From NCBI GenBank assembly GCA_009103225.1, contig RHPI01000863.1:1-60855 (forward strand): a stretch of DNA of 60,855 nucleotides. The letters are read 5' to 3'. Every line of letters starts with the position of its first letter. Position 1 is the stretch's first letter. The notes below the pieces were generated by a model. That model was given only the letters and a program-made list of their open reading frames with translations. It had not been told where the DNA came from and ran no database searches. Of this stretch, positions 13,400 to 25,341 are shown piece by piece. Made by a program: the position numbers and the translations under genes. The DNA is from Chlorokybus atmophyticus (lineage: Eukaryota > Plantae > Mesostigma and Chlorokybus algae).

Positions 13400-15889
13400 G
13401 GTTATGACGCTGACCGATTCACTCTGGCACGCAGCAACCACTGAACAGACAATGCCACGGCTCCTGCCCAAACATGTTGGTTTATATACCACATTCCAGC
13501 GCGACGTGGCCTGTTACGCGGCCTGAGGCTGGCTTAGCAACATCTGACAAAGTGGTGACTGTACTTGTATGAAGCAGCAATGGCGTATGGTAACTTGCCA
13601 CGCACTGCCGGATAGCTCTGACAGCTCAGCACAGATGTAACACCAGAGGTACTACGTAAGATCACGCGCGCCGTTTGGAGCCGCTCGCCTCTCGAGCCCA
13701 GAAGTCTAGTAAGCACATTTCAAATCGATCAACAAGTCTGCGTGGGTTGCTTACTATTCCGTCGGTCGTTGACAAGGTTCCGCACTGCTGCATGTTGCCA
13801 GAGCGCCATTTTGGCTTTGAGGCCAACACATCCAGCCGTCTAACTCGCTAGCTTGTTATGGCCAATGCTGCGTCTGTAGTCATGCGTAATGCTTTGAAGG
13901 CGTAACATAAACTGGTAATGGTTTTCTTTTCTTGCAGCTGCTACGAGCACATCCCATCCAATATAGCCATCATAAGCCATCATAGCAGAAATTCATATCG
14001 ATTAGTGTCGCCGCCTCAGACGTTCGATAATTGCAATTAAAACATCACATTAATACACAATCTTGTACATTATGCTGGAACCGACAGGTACCGTATATAC
14101 CAAAACACAGTCCCCCCCCCCCCCAAACACAGTCCCCCCCCAGCGTTTGTAAAGGGGGGGACAGAGTTTTGACTTAGGAGTCCCCCCTCCATTTGTAAGT
14201 TTACCTTTAAGGGGACTGTACCACATATATGGTATACATATTACACATATATGCATACATGTATGTCTGATATGTAGGTTACATGTATACTTATATTTTT
14301 AAAATGTATGATATATAATCGCATATCGGATATCGCAAATCTTATATAATGTATATGTATAAATATATACACACACACGTGATACAAAATGATATACCCA
14401 TGCATTGTGTACAAAATATACATATGCAACTATGTACACAAACATATGAGTTGCAACAATATGGTACAAATACTATTTATTTGTATACATACTGATAGTG
14501 TACGTATGTATCATTTGTGTTTATCATTAACAGCGTGATACATGTATATGCTTAAAATGCTAATAAAATTCCCTTTTTGTGGGCCATGGTGGCACAATTG
14601 TTGCTTATCTTATAGGCTGCGTCAGCCTGCTGCCGTTGCTGGCCTGCCGGCACCACTATAAGTTACGCTACTGACTGTGACCAATAGTGTCATGCCTATT
14701 GTCCTCGCATGCCAGCCTTCATCGAGCATGCTCACGTCAAGACCCTCCCCCGGCCTACCAGCCTACACGCGTCACGTCTCAGTGGTTAGGTTGTGAATCT
14801 AGACTAGCTCATGACCATAGCCTACAAAGGCATCGCGCGTAGCTGTTCAGTTGTACGGTTGGTTATTAATTTTGTTCTTTTAATTAGGAGGTGTTCGTGG
14901 GAATAGCCTCGATATGACTATTAGCTAATGTTCTAAACAGTCTTAATTTGACATGTATAAGAAGTTGAAGTGTTCACCAAACCAGCTAGTGACACTGTGA
15001 GTGAGAAAATGGAAAGAGCTAAGAAAGCTAAGAGCTTGTGAAGCAACTTTAACTACGAACACGCCATCCCACTTTTCAAGAATCCCCTCACCGTGTGAGG
15101 GATTCTTGAAAATTAGGAGCCTGTGCATGCTCTTGTGTAATGTGCTTGTTATTCCTGTGAAAATTGGTGTGCTTGGTTGCATCAGTTAGAGCATTGCATC
15201 CACATGTTGCTTACTCATTCACCTCACTTCACAAAGTGAGATATTCCCACTCATGCGAATAACTGTAAACAGCGCTACCTATAATAGTGCTTGTTGAGTC
15301 ATTATCACCCTCTTTGCTCAAGTGAGCAGCTGAGGATATTCCAACATCCATGGCAATAAGTAAGTTGGCTGGCTTGCCCTTTGCATAGGAATAGCCGCTA
15401 GAAGGTTTGAGACAACTTAAGTCAAGCGGTCCAAGCGCGAGAAGGTTCCAGGCGCGTCGGCGAGTCCGGATTTTGGAGACTTTCAGGCGCTGTAGTAGAA
15501 TGATTGTATCTTGGTGATAGTTGACTATTTGGCGTGTGCTATAGCTTAATGGAAAGCTGCTGAAAGCTAGCTACGTGGCGCAACTTGGAGTGCAGGTTAT
15601 GGTTGAGCGTGCTAGATGCAGTAGCTTTTGAAAGAGAAGCATGTGTAGCTGGCGGGTATTAAATCCGTGGACATGATGTTAATAGATGGTCTTGTATGGT
15701 CTCCTGACGCTGGTGTTGTAGCGTGCACTTGTGCATATGTATGCTTGTCATCGTCCATCTAAACAAGTCATGGGCCTACACATGCTTGTGTAGGTTGTAG
15801 TGAGTTGAATCGCGTGAGTAGGTGTGGATGATGTGTGGGTAGTAGGTTGCAAACTCTGCGAGTAGCAGAGGGGCAACGAAGGTTACAAG

Positions 15890-17028
15890 CATGGACGGCA
15901 TCAAGTACACAAACGACCCACTAGACGTTGACAACTACAACATCTGCAGTATGAAGATGGCGCTGCTATTAGCCCACAAAGAGTTGTGAAAGTATGTAGA
16001 CCCGAAGGAGACTGTTCCCGTTGCTGAGGCGAGTGTTTGTGCGTCTCAAGGGAGGAAGGCTCTGGCGCTGATTGGCTTGCACATTGCAGACCATCACTTG
16101 GTGTTGGTGAGGGAGTGCAAGGATGCGAAGGAGCTTTTTACAAAGCTTGAGAACCACTTCAAGGCGCGTAACATGGCGAGGAGATACAACTGAGGTAGGA
16201 GCTCAACTCGTTGCGCAAGGAGAGCGGAGAGGCCATTATCAAGTTCATGACACGCGCGAAGGCGTTGTGGAAAGACTTGCTCGGTGTTGGCCATGATCTC
16301 AAGGAGGTGGAGATATTTTGGGATGTGCTCATGTTTGCCCGAGGATTATAGGGTTGTTGTCACTATATTGGAGTCATCAACGGAGGACTTGACGTTGGAT
16401 GGGGTGACACCACGGTTTCTTCAAGAGGAGCAACGCTTGAGGAAAGAGGATGAAGTAGAGAACGGAGCTGAACTTGGTGGTGTGGCATTCGCGACTTTAT
16501 CGAGGCATGCACATCAGAAGAAGGGCGCTCGAGGCAGCAGCGTGCAGTGTTGAAACTGCGGGGAGCGTGGTCATGTAAGGAGCAAGTGTCCCAAGCTGAA
16601 GAGGACGAGGGCTGATGGTGAGGAGAGGGTGTGTGCGTTTCATGCATCTGATGAAGGAGCGGAGTATCCTGGGTGGGTGCTGGATTTGGGAGCAAAACAA
16701 GCATCTCAAAAGCGACAGGAGCAAGCTAATCAACCTCACTCTGTTAACTGAGCCAGTCACGGTGGACTTTGGGAACAAGAAGATGCTGGATGCTGTTGCC
16801 AAAGGAGACGCCAACCTCAGGTGCAAGGTGGGTGGTGCAGTTAAGAAGGTTGTGCTTACAGATGTACTGTATGTGCAAGGTGCATCTGCTAGTTTGTTCT
16901 CAGTACATGTAGCCTCAAGGGTTGGTGCGAAAGTTGTGTTCCATGCGGACAAGGTTAAGATAGTGCTTGGGGGCGTCACATATGTGGTAAGCATCAACAA
17001 GGGCGGACTCTACTACGTTGAGGAGGAC
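15890..17028 (+). pseudogene. Copia gag (with CCHC remnant) and aspartyl protease, copy 1
   Basis: NCGERGHVRSKC knuckle near 16555; PGWVLDLGAKQ protease site; VLYVQGASASLFSV and GGLYYV; multiple stops. Confidence 0.85.
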
Positions 17029-17696
17029 TGTAACGGTCAAGGCCAAGTTTCATGATTTTATAACCTTTTTGCCCATATATTGAGCACCACGTTTTCATGA
17101 CTTGTGCCAGATATTGGCGAGTTATGCGTCTGCTACGGATATCAACTGGGGGCCCAGGACCAGTCCGGAAGGTGCTAGAAAACGGAGGGCCAGTCGAGAA
17201 GGGCTCGACCAGATTTCTCAAAGGGCCTGGCGCCAAGTAGAATAACTTGACCATATGAGCACCTAATCAGGAGATCTTTGGTGCGTAAGAAAGGTTTAGA
17301 AGTATACTATAAGGTTATGCAATAACATCTTAGCCTTAGATTTTGTGTACCACGGGAATCGTCTACACAGTAGCATGTGCAGACTGGCAGGTATAAAAGT
17401 GACATTCTACAATGTGCAATACAACCTTTAGCTCCCTAGTTTCTTGTGTGCAAGCCTGGTGGTGGTTAGCAGGGATTGCTAGCCTGTGTCCATTGGTGTG
17501 TGCTTGCTTGTGTGACGATCCAAGGCGCTACACAAGTTGGTGTGTAGCTTCGAGCGCATGCGCGTGCGTACGCCAGTGACGGGGCGCGCGTGTGTGCTTG
17601 GCAGAGGGGGCAAGGTTCCGGTGTGAATACCGTGTCTTGGTGAGAGGGTTATTGATTGGACCAAGTCACAGGTGACAAGGCACAAGCACCGTTACA
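17029..17696 (+). repeat. G1 5' LTR
   Basis: Direct repeat of 33544-34205; TG...CA ends. Confidence 0.93.
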
Positions 17697-17779
17697 ATTG
17701 GTATCGGAGCACGGTGTCCAAAGGTGAGAGAGGAAGTGTGTGGGCGTTTACACTTTTCATTCGGAAGCGGAGTGTAGTG

Positions 17780-18715
17780 TGTCAATGGAGATGAAAGATG
17801 CTCGCATGGAAGAGCTTCAAGCTGCCATCTTAGCATTGAGGGAAGAGCTTCATTACACCCAAGCGGCGGCACAAGCACAACGCGAGGCGTATGAGCATGC
17901 GATGGCGCGTGTACAAGTTCCCATCGCATCAAGCTCGCACGTGCATGTGAAGGTGCCAAAGCCCAAGCCGTTCAAGGGTTAACGAATGGAGATGCAGTAG
18001 ACAAATGGATTTTTCAATTATTGTCTTTGGTTGAAGCTCGCGGACGTGCCCACGCATCTGCACGTAGAGGTTGCAGCGACGTTGCTTGAAGGTGCAGCAC
18101 TTGCATGGTGGAGACATTGTTGTGCGCGTGTTGCAAGTGGGTTGGCGCTGCCATTGACCACCATCGAAGAGTTGGCTCTGGAGATCAGGCATCTTTTTTT
18201 TCCGTGGAGAGTGTGAAGGCCGCACGCGATAAAATTGCAGCCCTTGTGCAAACGCGGTTGGTGACGGCGTACACGGCTTCGTGTCAGCGTTTGGTAATGT
18301 CCATATCCAACATGACCAAGGAAAAGCAGTTGGACATGTACACACGTGGTTTGAAACCTTCAAGACGCAAAGAAATGGAGCTACGAGACCCTGAAACTTT
18401 GGCGGAAGCTATTCGCATTGCGAAGCGTCTCGACGCGTTGTACTTCAAGTCTTCCGCAACAAACGCTGACTGGAGGCGTGGGAGCAAGCAAGAGTGGTGA
18501 TTAGCCTGGGGGAAGCTTTTAACATGCATGGACACGAAGGGAACTAAGTTCACAACTTGCAAAGGAAGGTGAAGCTGATTTGGGACCATCACCAATGGAG
18601 GTGGGTGCCGTACACACGCGTAACGATGTGGCGAAGCACGGTGAACATGGTGAGGTAGGTAGCAGCGTGCGCAAGAATTACGTGTGCGGTGCGACAGAAC
18701 ATTTCGCGTTCAATT
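17780..18715 (+). pseudogene. G1 gag, broken inside its CCHC knuckle by Y
   Basis: PKPKPFKG and ATLLEGAALAWWR motifs. YVCGATEHFAFN continues as CSKRR after 29785. Confidence 0.88.
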
Positions 18716-19319
18716 TGTCATGCCTATCGCCCGGGCATGCCAGTTGTCATCGGGCATGCCTACAGCGAGACCCTTGCCCGGCTTACCAGCATGGCAACCC
18801 GCGCGCGTCACTGACCAGTAGCTAGGTCATGTCTCTAGAGTAGCTCATGACCATAGCCTACATAGGCACCGCGCGTAGCTGTTCAGTTGTGAGTTCAGTT
18901 ATAAGTTGGGTTCTATATCGAGTGGGGATTTTCTGTGAATAGCCTCGATATGACCGTTAGCTTATGTTCTGGGCAGTCATGAGTTGACTTGTATAAGTAG
19001 GCACAGTGTTCACCGGATCAGCTGGTGACACTGTAAGTGAGAAAGCTAAGAGCTTGTGAAGCGACTTGAACTACGAAACACGCCGTCCCGGTTCCCCAGA
19101 ATCCCCTCACCGTGTGAGAGCCCGTACATGTTCTTGTGCACTGTGCTTGTCCTTGTTGTGAGCTTGGTGTACTTGGTCGCGGGGTGCTTGTTGGCATCAG
19201 TCAGGGCATAGCATCCACGTGTTGCTTGCTCATTCACCTCACTTAACAGTGTAATTTCTCTTCCACTCATTCAAAGAACTGTGTAAACAGCGCTACCTAT
19301 AGTAGTGGCTTGTTGACTT
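18716..19319 (+). repeat. Repeat A1
   Basis: Direct repeat of 28949-29554 (roughly 96% by hand count, approximate). Confidence 0.95.
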
Positions 19320-19529
19320 ACAGTGTCACCCTCTTTGCTCAAGTGAGTGTAGCTGCAGGCTGCACATGAGCATCGCAATCTGTAGTTGTACACATCGCAG
19401 TGCATTGTTGTCACCGTTATCGCATAGCGCGCACAAGCGCTAGTGTGTTGGGTGATAGCAGCACTGGAGATCCCATTGTAGAGCACAAACACTCTACCCT
19501 TCATCCACTTTCACCATCGCATCAGCTGT

Positions 19530-22500
19530 ATGAGCAGGCCCACCCCTTTCTCGCCAATAGAAGAAGGGAACCTCAACAGCTGGAGCCCAACCTCCAACCT
19601 TACCTACGAGCGCGCAAGTGAAGGGAGCGATTACCGTAGCAGCAGAGGCTCACGCCCCGTCTCCGGCTTCACCTCCTCTCACTCCACTCCTCGACAACGA
19701 GCATCTCCACCACCGTCGGACAGTGACGACGAGGAGATGGAGCCTTCCAGCTCAACCAACTCCCTACGCTTCTCCGGACGCCCTGGCACCACCTCACTTG
19801 ACGAGTTCATCATCAAGTTCCACTCCAAGATGCGGCAGCAAGCCCTCAAGAGCAAGGAATGGACAGATGAGGTATCGTTTCATGTGTCCGCTCAATACCT
19901 TGATCATGAAGCACATGATGTGTGGAAGTCCGTTGCTGAGTTGCACAAGATTGATGGCTATGGCGAATTGGCCAGCACAATATCCTCCACGTCACTGCAT
20001 AGCCCATCGGTTACTGTCCCTGTAGCAGCGGCCCCGCCAGCCTCAGTCACGGGTCTCACTCCAGCTGCAGCCATGGAGAAGGCAGAGAATGAAGAAGTTG
20101 AGGTGGTAGTGGCCTCATTGACTCCTGCAGAGATCGGAAGCAAGAAGGCCGAGCGCCGGATCAGGATACTCAACCGCACCGCTGCCATCATCGTGGAGCA
20201 ACCAGAGGAGCAGCAAGCTGCAGCATTGGAGATGGGTACGCCCCTGCTACCAACACCGAACTCGCGTGCTCCAGCGGGAGGCAATGTTTTCACCCTCGGC
20301 TCAGTGGCATTGCGTGCACCCGCGCACGGTGGGCGCGGCCATGTCGGACTCCCCGTTGAAGGACCTCTACGCCGCACTCCGGCGCACCTTCCCACCTTAA
20401 ACCAACAGCAAGGTAGAGGAGTTGAGGCGTTTTCGACAGAAGCCCAACGAGGACCCTCTCCGACTGTATTCATGGTTGGAAGGGTTGCTTAAAAACACTG
20501 ATTACAAGATTGTCAGCGAGGAGGCGGCAGCAGTGGTGTATGTGGCCGAGTTGGATCCCACCCTGAGTGAGTCAACGCGCCCTGACGCTGAACTACAGCA
20601 GGCCCCTCGGCTACACCCTCAAAGAAGCTTTCGAGACTGCATAAGCCATCCATAAGCGCGCAGTGTATAAAAAAGCGGTGCTGGACACCAACCGCAGTGC
20701 CTCGCGGCCTATGGCAGGCACAAGTGCAGAGCCTCTACGGCGGGACCGCAGCTGAGAGCCGCAAGGCATCCACAACAAGGATAAACGGTCAGCTCATGCT
20801 GCCTTTGTGGCTCCAGTGCTGTGCCACCGGTGTGGTCGACATGGCCACTACCAAAAGGAGTGCACTGAAGATTACGGCAACCTTGTGTGCGACTACTGCC
20901 ACAAGACGGGACACTTGGAGATAGTATGCTGGCTCAAGTTCCCTGAGCTGCGGCCCTCTATTGGCTACAACAACGGCAACAACGCTGTTGGCTACCGCGG
21001 CAACAACAACAACAACAACAACAACAGGGGCTACAACAACAGCAACCACGCTGGCGGCTACAACAACAACAACAACGCTGGTGGTCGCAACAATGGCAAC
21101 AACGCTGGTGGCCACAACCCCAGCAACAACAACAATGCCGGGGCCCGCAAGGAAGAAGCTGGCTACAGAGGGAAAAACCGCCCTCCACAGCACAAAGGAC
21201 CTGAGGGACGTCCTCGCGCTTGAGCTGCTGCTGTAAAGGCACCAACCAATCCACCAGCTGTTGACCAAGTGGCAGCCCTGATGGCGCGCGTGGCACAGCT
21301 GGAGGAGAACAAGGAGCAGGACTATCAAGCCTGCTATGCTGCTAGGTGGGCACTGATGGCACCAAAACGGGATAGGGACACTCCCACGCCGTCACGCGTA
21401 TAACCATCAAGACGTGCGCGCAGGGAAGCTGGCGCGTCGTCAACAGCGGCATCGTCGGACGCCACCTGTGGTGCTGCCTCGGCAGCCACAACCACTGCGG
21501 GGACGACGCCGTCGACGACACCGTCGGCGTCCACCCCGACCACGACAGCAGGTGCCAGCACTCTTGACACCACGCTGTCCCCGATGATGGAAAGCACCCA
21601 CGCCGCAACAACCATGGTCGTTGGGTTCGTGGGTGGTGAATCCACCACTCCTGCCTCCATTGACGCGACCACATCGGTCACAGCTGCTGCCACCCTCACA
21701 GCCGCCACCTCAGTAACAACGACTGCTGCCGGTGCCACCATCGCCTCCAGTAGTGCTGCTACACCCGCTGCACCATCTCCTTAGATCCGAACGGCACCGC
21801 CACCAGCACTTGACGTCACACAGCAAGTGCCACGCGGACCACAAGCAGAACGCGCCTGGGCGTCGATTATACGCCACGTGGAGCCCACCACCATTGCGTA
21901 CGGACCAGGGGGGCAACGCACCACGCGCGTGGCACGCGATGATCGCATCTTGCCCCTACCACCTCCAGAGTACCACACGCTGCCGGAACCCACACAACAG
22001 CAGCTGGAGGATGAAATCCTCGCCGGCACTGCACCAGAGATAAGGGATCGTCTGTTCGGGGTCACCTATCGGCGACCTGCAGTATTAGAGCTGGCCATTC
22101 AGTTTTTGGCATTACACGCACGATTGCAGGGCGCACCCAGTCCAACGCACCAACCCATGCCCGCTCAACAGATCGACTTCGAGCCCTCACCACTGGACCC
22201 ACTCGAACTCCAGCGCCACAAAATACAACACCTCGTGGTCACCATGTCGGACATCGCGCTGGGCACTGATCCCGCTCTCCGGGGGTTCACTCCAGGCAGC
22301 CGTTAAGAGCGGTTCTCTGCCCTCGAACAGGCACGTCGTTATCAGGTGGACCAAGCTGCCCAAGTGGACGCGCACCGACAGGCGTACGAAGCAGCACACG
22401 CCGTTATCGTACCAACTGTAGCTCCGGCAAATGTTGCCAGCGCCTCCACGGCGCTAACCACAAGGTACTCCACGGCAGTCGCCATCGAACAGCCAAGACA

Positions 22501-23050
22501 AGCAACTGCTGCAGACCAAGCGAGGGCGCTGACGCAACAATTGAGGGGGGTGATCGCCCCGTTGCTGCCTTCTTTGGTCGAAGACATACCTGAGGATCAA
22601 CGCGATGCAGGGCAAGGGTACCTCATCCCGCAAGGGGACACCACACAATGAGGAGGAGCTGGTATGGTGGGGGAGCAACAACTCCGTACCGCACTCATCC
22701 GGCAAGCAGTCATGTTGCACAGGCCTGAGGGCAACACATTAAGACAGATGATGGGGATGCGAGAGGGCAGCGCCGCTCGAGCCCATCTCGTGACATGGCT
22801 CGTTGCCAATCACCCTGCTGTCCCCCTGTTTGCCTTTGGCAACCGAGCATCATGGTTGGGGGCATTCGTTTGTTCGCTGCGACAAGCATACGACGAGGCT
22901 GCCACCACAGCCCCGGACTCGCTGGAGGGAGTGCAAGAGGCAATGCTGCGGCTGCCAGGGGTGGAAGCCGCACGATAACGGCGGCGCATCGCCATTGCTC
23001 ATAAGCTACACGCACAGCAGACTGACCTCCCACGCACCCTACGCGCGCGC
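19530..23050 (+). pseudogene. Y Gag region: capsid-like part, two CCHC knuckles, Asn/Gly-rich tract, long Pro/Thr/Ala-rich extension
   Basis: CHRCGRHGHYQKEC and CDYCHKTGHLEIVC in the 20807-21223 ORF. It is split by frameshifts and stops, and is homologous to the X and Z copies. Confidence 0.8.
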
Positions 23051-23659
23051 GCCATGACCGTGCTCGATGTGGGAGTGGTACAAGGAAGGTGGGATGCCTA
23101 CATGGCAGGGATCTTGCGAGTCCCCACCATCACTTACGACATGCGGCGACAGCTGCTACGCGCCGTATACCTGCAGCCCATGCCTCAATATTATCATTGG
23201 ACCGACACGGACACCGAGCCCACGGCCACGTGGGAAGGAACGTTGGTCAGAGAAGCGGCTCATGCTGTCCGATGGACGTACGCCGCGGAGCAAGCTGAAC
23301 GCGAGGCAGGCCCACAAGCACCTGATCCTCCGGGGTTTCCTCCACAGCTATTGGGTACACCTGCGGGCATGATTCCATCTTCGCAGAGGCAGCATCCACC
23401 TGCGCCGCCACCACAATCGGCGCCGAAACCTCCAGGACCGAGGCCCCCCGGTGTCTACCAACCACCACGACAAGGTCGGTTCGGCAGAGGGAGAGGGCAA
23501 GGAGGAGGTTCTCCGGACCCAGCAGGCAGAGGAGCTCTGGCTGCCATGCGCTCAGCACCCCCAGCTGAGAGAACTGAGGCAAAGGTGCAGACAGCTCGTA
23601 TTAAGAGGCTGCACATCAACGCCAATGCTGCCATGGTGGCCAACCAAGGTAAGCACGTT

Positions 23660-24050
23660 ACCATTAACGGCCTGGCACCCAAGCGAGTGATGTTGGACAC
23701 CGGAGCACAGCCTGTCATCATCGGGCGCTTCCTCGCGCGGTCCCTCGGCATAACCAGCTCCAACTTGGCGCCTTGCCCGTACGTGTTGGACACTGCCACA
23801 GGTAGCCGAGATAAGGCGATGGGAGTCACCAGGGAGGCCTTTTACATTCGGTTGACAGGGCTGGACCCCACCCACACAATCAAGATCGTCCAGCAATGTG
23901 TAGTCACCAATGCCGGCTCCTTCGACTTTCTGCTTGGGCAGGACTTCAACTTCCCTGTGGGCATGGGCCTCGACTGCTGGACAGAGCAGGCGTGGTTTCG
24001 GCCACATTGGGATGAGGATGACGGAGAGGTGCAGGGTTTTCTGCCTCTCG
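23660..24050 (+). pseudogene. Y retropepsin aspartyl protease
   Basis: RVMLDTGAQPVIIG (D at 23696) ... FDFLLGQDF. Confidence 0.88.
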
Positions 24051-24427
24051 AGTTGGTCTCGCGCACGCGCGCCCAGCGCAAAGTGGCTGCCGTGGCCACA
24101 CGCAGCCACGCCCGCACACGAGAGGCTGCAATGGCCACATACGACGGCGCTCGGACGCAAGTCGCTGATGGTGCCACGGCCCCGTGTTGAACCGTTGACT
24201 CCTCTCCCACCCTGTACAACAAGGAGCAAGAGGATGCTACCGTGGAAGTAGCATTGCAAGACCCAGCTGAACGGCGCTGGCGCGCACAGGTGAACGCACA
24301 CGTCTTGCTCAGCCATCCACTAATCACCACGCGCTTCCCCAACTACCGAAGCCACAACAAGGTGCAGGACCACCATATGGTGGCCACCGCAGTGGTGGAG
24401 TTCCACACCTTTCGCAGGCAACAGGGC

Positions 24428-25335
24428 ATCACAGTGTTGGAGCCGTTTGGAGGCATTAGCAGCGGTCTTGCCGCGGTCCTCACCACGGGTGTGAAGGTTG
24501 TCATATACTATTACTGCGACCCAGCCCCACACGCGCAAACGGTCCTCAAGCACCACTTACGCCAACTGCACGAAAGGTATTCACATTAACTACCCCTCTC
24601 AGCGTTGCAAGGCAGCCACAAGATATCTGGCTGATCACTGAAGATCACCTACTGTCCCTCGGCAACGTCGACCTATTAATCGCTGGGTGGAAATGCCAAG
24701 GGCACTCCAGGGTAGGCAAGGGGCAAGGCCTCGAACACCCTCGCTCAGGGCTGTTTTGGGAGCTGATGAGAATCATCCACCTCCTTCAACACCACTAAAT
24801 CTTCAGACCCCTGGGGTACGTCATCGAAAATGTGCATTCAGAGGACGACAAGCGTCTGCACGTGGCCTCCAGCTACCGACATGTTTGCTCCAATATGGGG
24901 CACCCACTCAAGGTGAACGCTGCACGACATGGCTCGCGCGCACATCGTGTACGTGCCAAACGGACAAACCTGGCCGCCGTGGAGGAACTCATGACCGCGG
25001 AATACACGCGCAGCGCTCGGCCGCGCAACCTGCTGGTCAATGACATCCTGGACCCCGGCCGTAAAGCACAACCTGTCCTCCGTCATAACCACAACCACTT
25101 TTACCCGTGCAATCAGCCCGGTCAGCCCCGTCGCGCACTCCCCACATTGGTGTCCTACCCGGGCTCCTACGCATTCCGGAACGGTGGAGACGGGATGGTG
25201 TTTGATGCGACCACCAACAGGCTGGAGGAACCCAACGCACGCGAACGCGCCATGGGATTCTTCCCCAACAGCATCACGGGTTCATCGCTGACAGATTGTC
25301 AGCAATGCCAGCTGCTTGGCCGCGCCATGGACTAG
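24428..25335 (+). pseudogene. C5-cytosine DNA methyltransferase domain (DNMT3-like) within pol
   Basis: Motif I VLEPFGGISSG; II YYYCD; III QDI; IV DLLIAGWKCQGHS (Cys 24694); V GLEHPRSGLF; VI YVIENV (24826); VIII HGSRAHRVRAKRTN; IX ERAMGF; X QLLGRAMD. Contains two TAA stops and a small frameshifting deletion. Confidence 0.9.
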
Positions 25336-25341
25336 AACAAC

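Noticed and set aside
19306-19323. TGGCTTGTTGACTT as a tRNA primer-binding site
   Set aside because: It starts with TGG, but the complement does not resemble any tRNA acceptor stem I recognise, and the same sequence recurs at B1 and B2. Left open pending a tRNA search.
20789-21741. Antisense Val/Ala-rich or poly-Cys ORFs opposite Gag
   Set aside because: They are shadows of AAC-rich and ACC/GCC-rich sense codons.
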